DNA of 64,000 bases from assembly GCA_038046805.1 (NCBI GenBank), contig JBBSVO010000004.1, positions 97,419 to 161,418 of the forward strand, read 5' to 3'. Made by a program: the position numbers and the translations under genes. Origin of the DNA: Candidatus Micrarchaeota archaeon (GTDB lineage: Archaea > Micrarchaeota > Micrarchaeia > Anstonellales > Bilamarchaeaceae). Shown here in pieces: positions 18,042 through 28,662 of the stretch (positions are counted from its first letter, which is position 1; each line of letters opens with the position of its first letter). The notes under the pieces were generated by a model. That model had not been told where the DNA came from and did no database searches. It saw nothing but the letters and a program-made list of their open reading frames with translations.

Positions 18042-18461
18042 TCAGCACGTCGGTATTCCTGTTCCGGTATTCTTAAGCAGTACTTCCAATACAAACGGCA
18101 CCAACAAGTAGATTAAAGCCGCGATTATCGCGCCATTGAACATTGATGTTGCCCATACTGAAGCCCGTGCACGTGTTTCCGCACCCATGACCTGCCCGAC
18201 CGCGTAAACCAGAGAAGCAGATACAACCATGAACATCATGCCGACTGCAAGGGAATTCTTGACAAGTTGGCAAAGCTGGTAAAGGGCATCGTAGATTTCA
18301 CCGCCCTGACCGGTGAAGCCACTTGTACCCCCTGAACTACCAGTTCCTCCACTGCCACCGGGGTTTGTACCAAAACCCCCTGAACCACCGCCAGCTCCTG
18401 GTGCGTAGAGAACAAGCGGGAGAACGAATATTATGAATACTAGCAAACTTAATTTTTTCAT
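18042..18461 (-). CDS. VirB2/TrbC-like pilin-type membrane protein with Gly/Ser-rich linker
   Basis: Signal peptide, Gly-rich linker, two TM helices joined by GQVMGAETRARASVWATSM; paralogue at 37756. Confidence 0.6.
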   Translation of the reverse strand: MKKLSLLVFIIFVLPLVLYAPGAGGGSGGFGTNPGGSGGTGSSGGTSGFTGQGGEIYDALYQLCQLVKNSLAVGMMFMVVSASLVYAVGQVMGAETRARASVWATSMFNGAIIAALIYLLVPFVLEVLLKNTGTGIPTC

Positions 18462-18525
18462 AGGACTACCTTTGATAATATATAAACAATGAACTAATAA
18501 ACTTTAAAAAGCCGCGTCACCGCAC

Positions 18526-21500
18526 TTATGGTTCAAACAAAGTCGTGATTTTTTTAATCAGATCTGTTTGCTCAAGAGATAAATCCTCTTGTGAAAGTCT
18601 GGCCACGGCAGATCGTATTGCAGAAACAACATTTGCACTGCTCTGTTGGATAATCCCACTTGAAACAAGTGCATCATACATTGCATTGTACAACGCAGAT
18701 TTAGTAGTCTCGTCCAAAGATAACTCCGTGCCTCTTAAATACTGACTCCAAGGCCTGCTGTCAGATCTCAAATATGCTTCAAATGTTTCTGTAAAATCAA
18801 GAATTAAGTCGTCTTTAGACATTGATACGTCGTCCGCAGTTATTGCATTGATCTTGCTCAGGATTACATCATCCAATGGAACTTTACCGCCAGCTACTTT
18901 GAATACTCCCGACAATACACCTGCATCATAAACCGCCAAAGCAACTTTATACCTGACATCGGTAGACTCCCCGCTCAAAAGTCTTCCATTCAGAAACCAG
19001 TTCCATACGTCATTGGTTCCAAGCACTAAACCATCTACATCATAACCATGGGCGTCTTTATTGAAAAGCCTGTAGATGTCAAACTCTTCCGAATTAAGAC
19101 GAGCTACGTTCACTGTTCCATTTTTCGTGTGAAAATCAACAAAATCAGTCAACTGATCGAATAGACGGGTCGGATTGTCCACGTAAACCGCCATTAAAGT
19201 AACATTTGTACCAGGTACTGGGCTATATAAAACCTTTGAAAGTGCAATTTCAACATCTACTCTCTGGGCTTCACTTACCGAATTGGACTCCGCAAATTTG
19301 AGTAGGTTTTGCGTATCGCTAGCATCTACTACTGTTTCTAGCACAATTTTTGCAAAAGTTAATTCTCGCGAAACTTGTCCTGTAGACAAACCTTCGGCTT
19401 TTTGTAATGCTAATTCAAATTGGGTTATGTTTATCCATTTGAATTCCGCATCTTTACCTGTGCAAAGTCTTTTTGCAATCGAGGAACTGTAAACGGATGA
19501 CAGGTTAGACAAACGCACAAGATACTTGTCAAATGTAGCTGCTGCCATACCTGAGACGTTCCAGACATTTATTATTTGTTCCTTGGAGAACCCCTTATCA
19601 AGCAAATCGGATAAATGATCTGCAATAAGTGGAGAGAGCGTTTTGTCTGTTCTAACCCCTTCAAATACTGGATTATTAACCTTATGCTCTCTCGAAGGTA
19701 TCTCCATTTGAGAAAATGCTGCACACGATTTAATTTTACGGTCTGTATTTCCAGAAGATGCAGCCCAATACCCCTTTGATATATATCCCTGAATCGTTTG
19801 CAGTTCCTGGATATACTGTTCCGCAGTTTCTTTTGAGCCCGGACTAACGAATTTTCGCGTCACATTGTCCAAAATATCTTTTCCATCAACAGCCTCTTTG
19901 AATTTTGCCACTACGACTTCAAAATCAGAAATCTGCCTTGCCGTCAAACCACTCAGTTTTGGAACTAATGATTCTGGTAACTCGGCAGCAGTAACCGCTT
20001 TCTCTAATCTTTTATCTAATTCTTCCTGCGGAGTTTGTTCAAAAAATAATTTATGAGTCAGATTTCCTGCAGGACGCAAGTACCATTCCGCAGCAGGTCG
20101 TTCTCTGGTAAGAACTACGTTCCCAGAATCAAAAGCAACAATTAATGGAAGAAGTGTAACAAATACGTTAGTTCCTATGCTTAACGAGGACCCAAGACCA
20201 CCAAAAAAGCCGCTTGACCACGGAGAACGCATTGCATATCTTGGATTTAACCACCATCGCGGTGCATATAATGGGTTTGATTTAGTTGAAAGCGCATCGC
20301 CAAGATCTCTTGTAAGTTTGTCATTAACTTCAATAGCATCGCGTGTAAACAAATTGCTCCATTTACCAACCCATATTGGCTTTTGTTGTACCTGGAAGCG
20401 CCCAAGATAATTTTCTCCAAGCTCCTTAAGATATGCAGGAACAGTTACTCTATCAACTTCTCGATTAAACGGCTGGGTAGCATCCATCAAAAACAGGTCT
20501 ATGAGTCTGGTTCCGCCAACTGGATCCTGAGTATACATATGATCAAGAACTCTTTGACAAACTGTTGCGTTGGTTAAATTTCTTCGAAGAATTTGCTCGA
20601 AAGGACGTGCTCCATCTCCTGAACGATAACTATAATTAGTCATTTCATCAAGAATATCTCTTTGTACATTTGGGTCGATAGTCTCAAGATCAAATACGTG
20701 CGCAAGTCTTGCAAATACTATTTCTAGTGCGGGCTCTGCTGGACCTAACCTCATCTCGCCTGAGATAAGACGAGGCAATAATCTTGCCCTTCCTCCTGGC
20801 TTTTGTGCTTGTGCTAAATCCGTATAAATAACATGAAGTGAATCCGTACCAAGTGTCTCAAATACCCTGCCAACTTGTTGAGATGAAGCGCTATCTAAAG
20901 CAGATCGTCCTCCATTGATCAACCCTTGTCTTGCTTTTATCTTATCTGTTTCAGATCCTTTTGAATATTCTGCTATTTTCCCATCCATCCACGTCCTGTA
21001 AGTAGCTGGATTTCTGGCTTTAAGCCTGCTCATTGTATCATGTCGGGTAGCAATACCTAATCTAAACAAAAATTCGTCGAAAACTTCTATTTGTGCCTGA
21101 CCCTTGATAATGGGATCATTTCGCAGAGCCTGCGGATCACCAGCAACGGGCTTGCCTAATGCTATGGCAGCGCGTGCATAATATTCATTACTCAGTTGAG
21201 GAAGCTGAACTTCGGGTGGCAAATGTCCTTTCAAAGACGTTTCAAGAGCCTCAGAATCTTTTAACATATTCCTCAATGTAGTTAATTCTGAAATATTACG
21301 TGGCCCACCATCCTTGGGAGTTGTAATATGCAATTGGTCTGAAGTTTCTAAAGCTGTAAGCGAAGTTTCAAATTTCTTTAAAGCACCTGAAAACTGAGAT
21401 AACGTGGTCTCATCAAGAGGAGCACCCCTGGTTAGTGCTCTTCCCCTAATATCCTCGAGAGTATTCTGAATCGCTTCCAAGCGAGCCAACAAATCGGTAT

Positions 21501-24246
21501 GGGCATTGGCAAAATCAGAGGCTTCGTCGGGAGGTAACCCCTTCCTTGTTAAACCACTAACCAAATCCTGTCCTTCTCCGACTAAATGAGGGACTAAACC
21601 ACTAACTCTCCAACGCATACAGAATATTTGAACTCCAACTGCTCCACTAGCATGTGCAGTGTTAATGTCGTTCAGTAGTCCGTTTGCACGATTTACCTCA
21701 CCACTTAAAAGTTCTGCTTCGACAGTATTAAGCGCTGTATTGAAAGCAACTTCGTTCTGGGTGGATAGTCTCATTTCACGCGGGACGTTCGAACCACGAA
21801 TATTGGAAACCTCTTGTAAATTTGGAAGTATTGTTTCAAGATAATTAATTGCATTTTCTGCAACAAGCGGCCCACCACTTACTAAATTGTGTTCTATACT
21901 CCTTAGTTCAGATTCAAGCGCAGTTTTTGTAGTAAGAAGTAGATTAGCAAATTCTCGCCCTCCAAATGCAGTTCTGAGTGTACTAACTCTTCCAAATTCA
22001 GGGGAAATCAATTGAAAACCTGCATCTTTTGCCTTAAACGGATTCATAACGACTTCCGACTCATAACCCCTCAGATTATTAAGAAGAGCCTGTTTGGTTT
22101 CAGAAGTGAGGTTTAAACTATTTAATCGGGTTCTTGCAGTACTAGTTCTTTGTAGAAACGCGTATGCAAGAGTTTCACTTTGAGAAAGGTATGATTCTGC
22201 ACCTGAGAGACTTCGAGTGAATAAAAAATTTTCAACAGATTGACGCTGTGGCGGATCATTAATTCTTAAACTTGTTTGAGAATCTAAGTTTAACCTGTTT
22301 AAATTAGACCAATACCGTTGATTCCTCTCTAGTAAACCGACCCGCGCTTCAAGATCTGTCACCCGAGCGCCTATATTTTCGCCTCTTGCTTCTGCAGTTC
22401 TAGCCTCAGTTATAGTATTAGAAATAAGAGAATATGTATCAGGATGTAAATTCGATCTAAGTCCGGCAGCTTTAGATTCTAAACGAGTTAATATTTCAGC
22501 TGAAGTTTCTCCAGGGGTGCCAGTTGTAGGCGCTCCGGCCCTCATTGCCCTTCGATCTGCCTCTTCAAAACTACGTCTGCCTCTTGGGGCGAAAACAGAT
22601 CTTTTATCTGCAGGACTCTCAGGCCCATGACGCTCGTCTGGTGTTGATCTTGAATAATAAAGTTTTTTACCGCCCATCCCTTCTCTCCCCACTTCCACAG
22701 CTTCGGCTGGCCTTTCAACTTCTGTTCTAATTGGTATTACTTTAGCCCCCGAACCCTTTTTAATACCTTGTCCCACTCCTATGACCTTTGCCCCTTCCAA
22801 TGCTTCCTTAAGCGAGGATTTCACTGCTGAAAGTCTTCCCGTAGCGACTCCAAGTCCGAACGCCCCGAAAACAGCATTCTGAACTGTTTCTTTTACAAGC
22901 TCCGGAGTATAACCATACTTCGCGCCTTCCACCGCCCCGCGAATTGCATTATAACCCATTGAGCCTGTAAAATATACGCCGATTGCCCTTTCCGAAAGCA
23001 CAAGCGAATACGCTCCGGTGGTAAGTGCTTCTGAGCCGCTGCGAGACGCAACGGCCAGCATTCCCTTTGCCGCAGTGCCGAGCATTAACGGTGCCATCAT
23101 CAGCATTCCCGCTAGAACCAGGTCATTGTTTTTCGTAACAATCCCCAGATGAGTATAAAATCCGCCCTTTACGGCAAAATATGCCGAAGCAGCAAGTGGA
23201 GCGGCAGGACCGCCGACTTTCGCACCGATTACTCCCATTCCCAGAACTGCTGCATCTGCAACAACCTCTTTCCATTGAGAAGGAGATATCCCAGTATTCG
23301 CATAAACCGCTTCCCCGATTCTCTTGTTTGCAGCTTCCCGGACTGAAACGATTTGCTCTGCCGCCTGCTTGAAAAGTTTTGCCGCCTTTTTTGAATCATC
23401 CTGCTTAAGCGAAGCAGATGCCTGGGCAAGAAGCACTTCAACTTCTGAATACGCATCACCGAGTTTTTTCCTGACTCCGGCATCAATGAGTTTTTCCTCA
23501 ACCGGCCTGCCAGATTTATCAAGAACGACCTTTCCTTTCTTGAATGTGACTGTCTGTGCATCAAGCGTACTTTTGGATTCGTCTCTTACGCTTTTTAGTG
23601 CCTCTCTCAAAACATCCGCGAATTTCTCTGTATGGCCCTTTAGATAAATTTCGCTGTGTGTGTGCCAAAGCATCCTTTCCGCAACTGACGAATCAATCGC
23701 CTGTGCCTGGGAAATGAGGGCAATATGCTTAAGCGCCTTCTGACTAGGGGACAACTCCGCACCGAATAATTCAGATAAAGAAACCATTGATGCTAGCTTT
23801 AGGTCTCCACTTAGGCCGGCAAATGCGGCTTTTATTTCCTTTTCCTTGTAGATGGACGCGGTTTTCAGTAAATCGCTTCTTGCATCTGAAATATTTTGGC
23901 TACCGGAATATACTGCTGAAGAATATGCCTTTGCACATTCCAGCTTTACTGCGAATTCGGCTCTTTTCGCGGAAAAGTCCGCGTATTCTAATGCAAATGA
24001 ACGTACGAAATCTTCGTCAGGTTTTCCGCTTTTTTTTGCGTTTTGGAGTGTGGTTTCAAGCCTGTTTGCCCAGTCTATTCCGGAATTGCAAAGCCTGGAT
24101 AGATCCTCCTTTAACCTTGGCAAAAACTGGCCGCTTTTTATATCGGCGAGCGAGCCCTCAAGACTTGTTCTATCCGCCCTGACGGAATCCAATAAATTAG
24201 AGTAGCCAGCATCGAATGCAGAAACCTGTTTGTAATCCATAACCAA
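18526..24246 (-). CDS. Giant hypothetical protein (1906 aa) with internal hydrophobic helix cluster
   Basis: Uninterrupted 5.7-kb ORF; helical N-terminus, Gly/Ala-rich hydrophobic helices at about aa 330-470. Confidence 0.8.
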   Translation of the reverse strand: MVMDYKQVSAFDAGYSNLLDSVRADRTSLEGSLADIKSGQFLPRLKEDLSRLCNSGIDWANRLETTLQNAKKSGKPDEDFVRSFALEYADFSAKRAEFAVKLECAKAYSSAVYSGSQNISDARSDLLKTASIYKEKEIKAAFAGLSGDLKLASMVSLSELFGAELSPSQKALKHIALISQAQAIDSSVAERMLWHTHSEIYLKGHTEKFADVLREALKSVRDESKSTLDAQTVTFKKGKVVLDKSGRPVEEKLIDAGVRKKLGDAYSEVEVLLAQASASLKQDDSKKAAKLFKQAAEQIVSVREAANKRIGEAVYANTGISPSQWKEVVADAAVLGMGVIGAKVGGPAAPLAASAYFAVKGGFYTHLGIVTKNNDLVLAGMLMMAPLMLGTAAKGMLAVASRSGSEALTTGAYSLVLSERAIGVYFTGSMGYNAIRGAVEGAKYGYTPELVKETVQNAVFGAFGLGVATGRLSAVKSSLKEALEGAKVIGVGQGIKKGSGAKVIPIRTEVERPAEAVEVGREGMGGKKLYYSRSTPDERHGPESPADKRSVFAPRGRRSFEEADRRAMRAGAPTTGTPGETSAEILTRLESKAAGLRSNLHPDTYSLISNTITEARTAEARGENIGARVTDLEARVGLLERNQRYWSNLNRLNLDSQTSLRINDPPQRQSVENFLFTRSLSGAESYLSQSETLAYAFLQRTSTARTRLNSLNLTSETKQALLNNLRGYESEVVMNPFKAKDAGFQLISPEFGRVSTLRTAFGGREFANLLLTTKTALESELRSIEHNLVSGGPLVAENAINYLETILPNLQEVSNIRGSNVPREMRLSTQNEVAFNTALNTVEAELLSGEVNRANGLLNDINTAHASGAVGVQIFCMRWRVSGLVPHLVGEGQDLVSGLTRKGLPPDEASDFANAHTDLLARLEAIQNTLEDIRGRALTRGAPLDETTLSQFSGALKKFETSLTALETSDQLHITTPKDGGPRNISELTTLRNMLKDSEALETSLKGHLPPEVQLPQLSNEYYARAAIALGKPVAGDPQALRNDPIIKGQAQIEVFDEFLFRLGIATRHDTMSRLKARNPATYRTWMDGKIAEYSKGSETDKIKARQGLINGGRSALDSASSQQVGRVFETLGTDSLHVIYTDLAQAQKPGGRARLLPRLISGEMRLGPAEPALEIVFARLAHVFDLETIDPNVQRDILDEMTNYSYRSGDGARPFEQILRRNLTNATVCQRVLDHMYTQDPVGGTRLIDLFLMDATQPFNREVDRVTVPAYLKELGENYLGRFQVQQKPIWVGKWSNLFTRDAIEVNDKLTRDLGDALSTKSNPLYAPRWWLNPRYAMRSPWSSGFFGGLGSSLSIGTNVFVTLLPLIVAFDSGNVVLTRERPAAEWYLRPAGNLTHKLFFEQTPQEELDKRLEKAVTAAELPESLVPKLSGLTARQISDFEVVVAKFKEAVDGKDILDNVTRKFVSPGSKETAEQYIQELQTIQGYISKGYWAASSGNTDRKIKSCAAFSQMEIPSREHKVNNPVFEGVRTDKTLSPLIADHLSDLLDKGFSKEQIINVWNVSGMAAATFDKYLVRLSNLSSVYSSSIAKRLCTGKDAEFKWINITQFELALQKAEGLSTGQVSRELTFAKIVLETVVDASDTQNLLKFAESNSVSEAQRVDVEIALSKVLYSPVPGTNVTLMAVYVDNPTRLFDQLTDFVDFHTKNGTVNVARLNSEEFDIYRLFNKDAHGYDVDGLVLGTNDVWNWFLNGRLLSGESTDVRYKVALAVYDAGVLSGVFKVAGGKVPLDDVILSKINAITADDVSMSKDDLILDFTETFEAYLRSDSRPWSQYLRGTELSLDETTKSALYNAMYDALVSSGIIQQSSANVVSAIRSAVARLSQEDLSLEQTDLIKKITTLFEP

Positions 24247-24447
24247 CCACCATTAATGCCTATCTATAATTTGCTCAAAACAAGTTTATAAAGGCGATGG
24301 TTTGAGTGTCTTGCGTCTAGCGTCTTGGGTTTTGTGTCCTGGGTCTCGCGTCCGATAAACCAGTCTTGAGTTTTGTATTCTGGGTACTGGAAACTGGCTG
24401 CGCATTGCCGATTGCGCGCTGCCCATTACTCATTGCCAGAATAAGTC

Positions 24448-24507
24448 AATCTTTTCCCATTTTCAGGAAACTTTTGACCGATTCTTTCCCAAAATCGGGA
24501 AACTTTT
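24448..24507. repeat. 60-bp direct repeat, downstream copy
   Basis: AATCTTTTCCCATTTTCAGGAAACTTTTGACCGATTCTTTCCCAAAATCGGGAAACTTTT; 59/60 identical to 25748-25807. Confidence 0.92.
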
Positions 24508-24536
24508 ACTAAAACTGCTTGAAAAAAGCCAAAAGG

Positions 24537-25721
24537 CTAAAAAAGGCCCAAAACAATAAGCTGGCGCTCACTAATAACCAGGGTCTTTTCAGAAAATCCC
24601 CTTAACTGGGAGCGGCCTTTTGATATCCCGCCTATTTCAATTATGAATTTCTCCCGCCCGCGCTCTACGATGTAATCCGGATTTTTCTTCATGCCCTTGA
24701 TTGTGCTTACCCTCCATCCCCGCAACCTGAAAAAGAAAACCGCCAGCTCTTCCCTTAACGCACCGATATCCGGTTCTACGCCAAGGTTCCTGCAAACTGC
24801 TTTTCGCATTACAGGATGATAGAACATCAGTTTCGGGTCCCCCCGGACAAGCTTTGCACCACGGCCATAAGGCTTTACCAATCTGAGGATACGCATGAGC
24901 TCCAGGATATGAACCAGATGATATGCCTTGTTTTTTGGGATCCCGAGCGTTCCGGCAAGGCTGTTTATACTGAACTCCCCGAGCCTGGAGGTTGCGAGAA
25001 AAACCAGGGCGCGCCCCATCTGAAGTATAAGGTCTCCATCCACATTTGGAAGAAAAACCGCGTCCTCGGAAACAGACTTTTGAATGCTATTGTAGATGCT
25101 ATCAAGCGTTTTATCGGCATAGGAAAAAAACGTCGGAAACGCACCACCGTCCATGTAAGCATTGAAGACTTCATAAATCTTAGGATTGGCCGCGATAATT
25201 TCAAGGGTTTTGTCCACAGACCTCCACGCTTCCTTGTCCTGCACATCGATTGAATCGCCTTTAAGCTCTGAAAATTCCAGAATTGAAAGCGGTTCCACCT
25301 CTATGATTTCGTATCTTCGTTCAGGCTCAAACGCAAGCGGGGCGCTGCCTGAAACAATTATAGTAAGCCCGGGAAACTCGTCATAAAGCGCTTTTGTATC
25401 TGTTTTCCAGTTTTTGTAATGGTGCGCCTCGTCCATAAGAAGACTAGAATACCCTTCCGACACCAGCTTTTGACCAAGGTCGTATAATGAATGAAGCTGA
25501 ACATGCGGGTTATCCATTGAAAGGTACATGGAGCGGGGTGAACCTAAAAGCTGTAATAATGCGGTGGTTTTTCCCAGCCCGCGAAAGCCGCGCAACACCT
25601 TTATCCTCGGCTCCCTTCCAACAGCCACCCGTGATAGAAAATAACGCCTTTTGAATCCTTCAACTGTCTTCGCAAGGCGCATCGCAGTTTCCCGAATCTC
25701 AAGCGAATTGATGTCTACCAT
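24537..25721 (-). CDS. AAA_14-family ATPase with wHTH and C-terminal DUF4143-like (PD-(D/E)xK-type) region
   Basis: GFRGLGKTT Walker A, LMDEAH Walker B, SGSA, YMDGGAFP, PKLMFYHP, PDYIV...IEIG. Confidence 0.88.
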   Translation of the reverse strand: MVDINSLEIRETAMRLAKTVEGFKRRYFLSRVAVGREPRIKVLRGFRGLGKTTALLQLLGSPRSMYLSMDNPHVQLHSLYDLGQKLVSEGYSSLLMDEAHHYKNWKTDTKALYDEFPGLTIIVSGSAPLAFEPERRYEIIEVEPLSILEFSELKGDSIDVQDKEAWRSVDKTLEIIAANPKIYEVFNAYMDGGAFPTFFSYADKTLDSIYNSIQKSVSEDAVFLPNVDGDLILQMGRALVFLATSRLGEFSINSLAGTLGIPKNKAYHLVHILELMRILRLVKPYGRGAKLVRGDPKLMFYHPVMRKAVCRNLGVEPDIGALREELAVFFFRLRGWRVSTIKGMKKNPDYIVERGREKFIIEIGGISKGRSQLRGFSEKTLVISERQLIVLGLF

Positions 25722-25747
25722 AAGGTATATTCAGCGTATGTGTTTTT

Positions 25748-25807
25748 AATCTTTTCCCATTTTCAGGAAACTTTTGACAGATTCTTTCCCAAAATCGGGA
25801 AACTTTT
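25748..25807. repeat. 60-bp direct repeat, upstream copy overlapping the ATPase promoter
   Basis: Second copy exactly 1300 bp from the first; abuts the TATA-like ATTAAAAA about 25 nt upstream of the ATG. Confidence 0.92.
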
Positions 25808-25828
25808 GAGATTTTTGCAACAATCAGA

Positions 25829-26413
25829 TTAATGAGCCTCAACAGAGGCTTGTTCTCTTGCCCTCTTTTCAATGCTCTCGATTTCCAGAGAGGCAGTTTC
25901 CCGCAGCAACGGCTCTTTTGACATTTTCGCGATAAGCTTAATGGAAGAAACGGCCCGGGTAGAAACAAATGTTTTCAGATGGCGTTCGAACAATCTGACA
26001 AAACTGTCTGTAAAACAATTTGGATGGGAATTCATAATTGATTCCGCCGCAAGTTCCCACCTCTCATGCTTTAACAGAAAATGCACTCCAAAAGGACGAA
26101 TGTCATCCCGTCCCCTTTCAGCCACATCTGCAATTCTCCCGAAGCGCCCGTGCTTTTCCAAAAGACCAATCGCAGTGAGGGCAGTTGGTACATCTGTAGT
26201 GTTTAGCAAATATCCGTGCATCCTGTGAAGACAGTCCGCCACTGCACTCGAATCGTCCAGATGGGTAAAATAATCAGAATGAATTGGTTCGAAATCTTTT
26301 GCGGAAACAGAACGACGCGGATTAAGGATATACTCGGATGGCGAGGACTCATCTTTCCATCTGTACCAGTTCGGTTGAATCGTCCTGCGTTGAAAAATAG
26401 AAAGGAATCTCAT
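25829..26413 (-). CDS. Hypothetical protein
   Basis: 194-aa ORF with upstream TATA-like sequence. Confidence 0.55.
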   Translation of the reverse strand: MRFLSIFQRRTIQPNWYRWKDESSPSEYILNPRRSVSAKDFEPIHSDYFTHLDDSSAVADCLHRMHGYLLNTTDVPTALTAIGLLEKHGRFGRIADVAERGRDDIRPFGVHFLLKHERWELAAESIMNSHPNCFTDSFVRLFERHLKTFVSTRAVSSIKLIAKMSKEPLLRETASLEIESIEKRAREQASVEAH

Positions 26414-26520
26414 TGATGAGTATATAAGCGGAAAACGTTATAAAGATTGGTGGAATAATGGAGATTGGGAAAAGAAAAGATTTATAATTATATGTTAAGT
26501 ATAATTAGATTGGTGATATA

Positions 26521-26730
26521 ATGGACATCCGAACAAGAACAAGAAGATGGGGGAATTCGATTGGCATAACTATTCCAAAAGAGATTGCAGATAAGATGCA
26601 CATCCACGAAGATGAGGACGTCATTATAGAGGTTAAAAAAACATTTTCGTTAAAGGACGCATTCGGCTCGCACAGGTTCAAAAAACCCACGGATCAGATT
26701 ATGCGCGAAATTGACGAGGGGTGGGACTGA
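26521..26730 (+). CDS. AbrB/MazE-family antitoxin
   Basis: RRWGNSIGITIPKE. Confidence 0.9.
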   Translation: MDIRTRTRRWGNSIGITIPKEIADKMHIHEDEDVIIEVKKTFSLKDAFGSHRFKKPTDQIMREIDEGWD

Positions 26731-27098
26731 TGTATTATCTTGATACCTACGCCCTAATAGAGTATCTAAAAGGAAATCCCAAATACAAAAGATACATTGA
26801 ATACGCAATTTCAACAAGCCGCTTTAATCTCATGGAATTATATTATGCATCTCTAAGAGATTCTGATGAGGAAACTGCAGAACGGGATTATGAAACATTC
26901 GTACCTGCGGAAGTTGAAATTCCAGAACGCACATTGAAAAACGCGATGAAATTTAGACTTGATCTCCAACAAAAAAAGAAAGCTAACTTGTCGTATGTTG
27001 ATGCTATAGGATACCGGTATGCACTGGAGAACAAACTAAAGTTCCTGACTGGCGACAAAGCGTTTGAAGGCCTGGAAAATGTGGAATTCGTGAAATGA
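26730..27098 (+). CDS. PIN-domain (VapC) toxin
   Basis: YLDTYALIE, LSYVDA, LTGDKAF; TGATG overlap with the antitoxin. Confidence 0.9.
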   Translation: MYYLDTYALIEYLKGNPKYKRYIEYAISTSRFNLMELYYASLRDSDEETAERDYETFVPAEVEIPERTLKNAMKFRLDLQQKKKANLSYVDAIGYRYALENKLKFLTGDKAFEGLENVEFVK

Positions 27099-27110
27099 AA
27101 GGCTGAATCT

Positions 27111-27662
27111 ATGAAAATCCTTGCAATATCCGGCTCACCGCGAAAAGGGAATACCGAAAGATTACTGGAAGAGATGGTCAAAGACATAGAAGAAGAGAAA
27201 CCGGATACGGCGGATGTTGAAACAATTCTCCTCCGAACATTAAATTTCTCCGGATGCTGTGGATGGGATGAATGCTACTACCACGGGGAATGCAGGATAA
27301 ACGACAGGATGCAAAAGGAGATTTACCAGAAAATACTTTCTGCTGACGGATTTATCTTTGCAACACCGAATTATTTCAACAATATGAGCGGATTATTGAA
27401 GAATTTTTTTGACCGCACGAATCCGTTTGCACTGAAGAAAAAGCTCGCTGGAAAAAAAGCCGCGATTATAGTCGTTGGCGGGCAAAAGAAAACCTCTCTC
27501 GGAAAATGCGAGGATACGATTCGGGAATTTTGCCGAATCCACGGAATTCGGGTGATTGGAAGCGAACTAATTACCGCTGATAAACTTGGAGATGCGGAAA
27601 AAAATAAAAAAGCAATGGAGAAATGCAGGGAGCTTGGAAGAAAACTTGAGAGAAAGATTTAA
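27111..27662 (+). CDS. Flavodoxin-family / iron-sulfur flavoprotein (FMN reductase-like)
   Basis: ISGSPRKGNT, Cys cluster CCGWDEC...C, ATPNYF. Confidence 0.88.
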   Translation: MKILAISGSPRKGNTERLLEEMVKDIEEEKPDTADVETILLRTLNFSGCCGWDECYYHGECRINDRMQKEIYQKILSADGFIFATPNYFNNMSGLLKNFFDRTNPFALKKKLAGKKAAIIVVGGQKKTSLGKCEDTIREFCRIHGIRVIGSELITADKLGDAEKNKKAMEKCRELGRKLERKI

Positions 27663-27687
27663 AAGATGTTGTTAGATAAATAGGATT

Positions 27688-28179
27688 ATGGTAACTGCAC
27701 TACAACTCGTAAAAAAACCTATATGTTGGGCTGGTGAACTTGGATTGAACAGAACTGCGGCACAACTACGTAGTCTACAAACGGTTGTTCGGGAGAGAAC
27801 CAATTTTTGGGGAGAATTCAAACCTCTCACAAGTGGTGGTGTGGGTACTGTGCGAGAATATATCCTGTCCGTACGGAACGTTCTTACGGAAGAAGAAGGA
27901 TTACTTGTTGATCTAAAACCAAGTGAAAAAATGAAAACACCTTTAGTACATCTAAAGGAAACGGGTTCAAGGGCTACCTTCTGGACTCCTATCCTGGAGC
28001 TAGAAATAACAGACTCCAATCGGATACTCGCGGTCCTGCGCAGAGCATTCGATACACATACTTATTCGCTTGAGAGCTTCAAAAGAGAGGTTAGATATAT
28101 TGCCTGTGAAATAAGGGATAAATTAGAAGAACTTGAGGGTATCTTAAATCAAATACGGCCTCCATTACAATCAGGATAG
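27688..28179 (+). CDS. Hypothetical protein
   Basis: 163-aa ORF, no recognised motif. Confidence 0.45.
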   Translation: MVTALQLVKKPICWAGELGLNRTAAQLRSLQTVVRERTNFWGEFKPLTSGGVGTVREYILSVRNVLTEEEGLLVDLKPSEKMKTPLVHLKETGSRATFWTPILELEITDSNRILAVLRRAFDTHTYSLESFKREVRYIACEIRDKLEELEGILNQIRPPLQSG

Positions 28180-28266
28180 AACTTCAAAAACCTGGCGAAA
28201 TCATTTGCTCTCTCGACCACCATGCCCTAAAGAACATGGTTTGGCGCCATATTGCCATTTTTCAAA

Positions 28267-28662
28267 TCATATAATTCGCGAATTCTTGTAATGCTTGAAA
28301 TGCGGGTCTGTTGATATTACAAGCGCGCCTCCGTGCGCATCTGCGATTTCCATGATTATGCTGTCAATGACGGAAATGTCTTTTTCAAACTTGCGCAGTT
28401 TTGCATGCCGTTTACCAGCATTGATGTAAATATTTGGTTCAACTTCAAGAAAAACAGTGTAAAAACGCAGAAGGTCCAGGAATTTATCCAAACCTGCGAA
28501 ACCTTTTCTCTCGGAAATGCTTGAGAATTCTGCGAGCACGATCGAAGGTACGACCACGATATATCTCTGGCTTTCTATCAAATCCCTGACTATTGCCCCC
28601 TTTTGAGAGCCGTCCGCATACTCCACCAAAGCAGAGGTATCCAAAACAACTTCATTTGCCAT
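28267..28662 (-). CDS. PIN-domain (VapC) toxin
   Basis: Start at MANEVVLDTSALVE; ISVIDS, STDPHF. Confidence 0.9.
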   Translation of the reverse strand: MANEVVLDTSALVEYADGSQKGAIVRDLIESQRYIVVVPSIVLAEFSSISERKGFAGLDKFLDLLRFYTVFLEVEPNIYINAGKRHAKLRKFEKDISVIDSIIMEIADAHGGALVISTDPHFKHYKNSRII

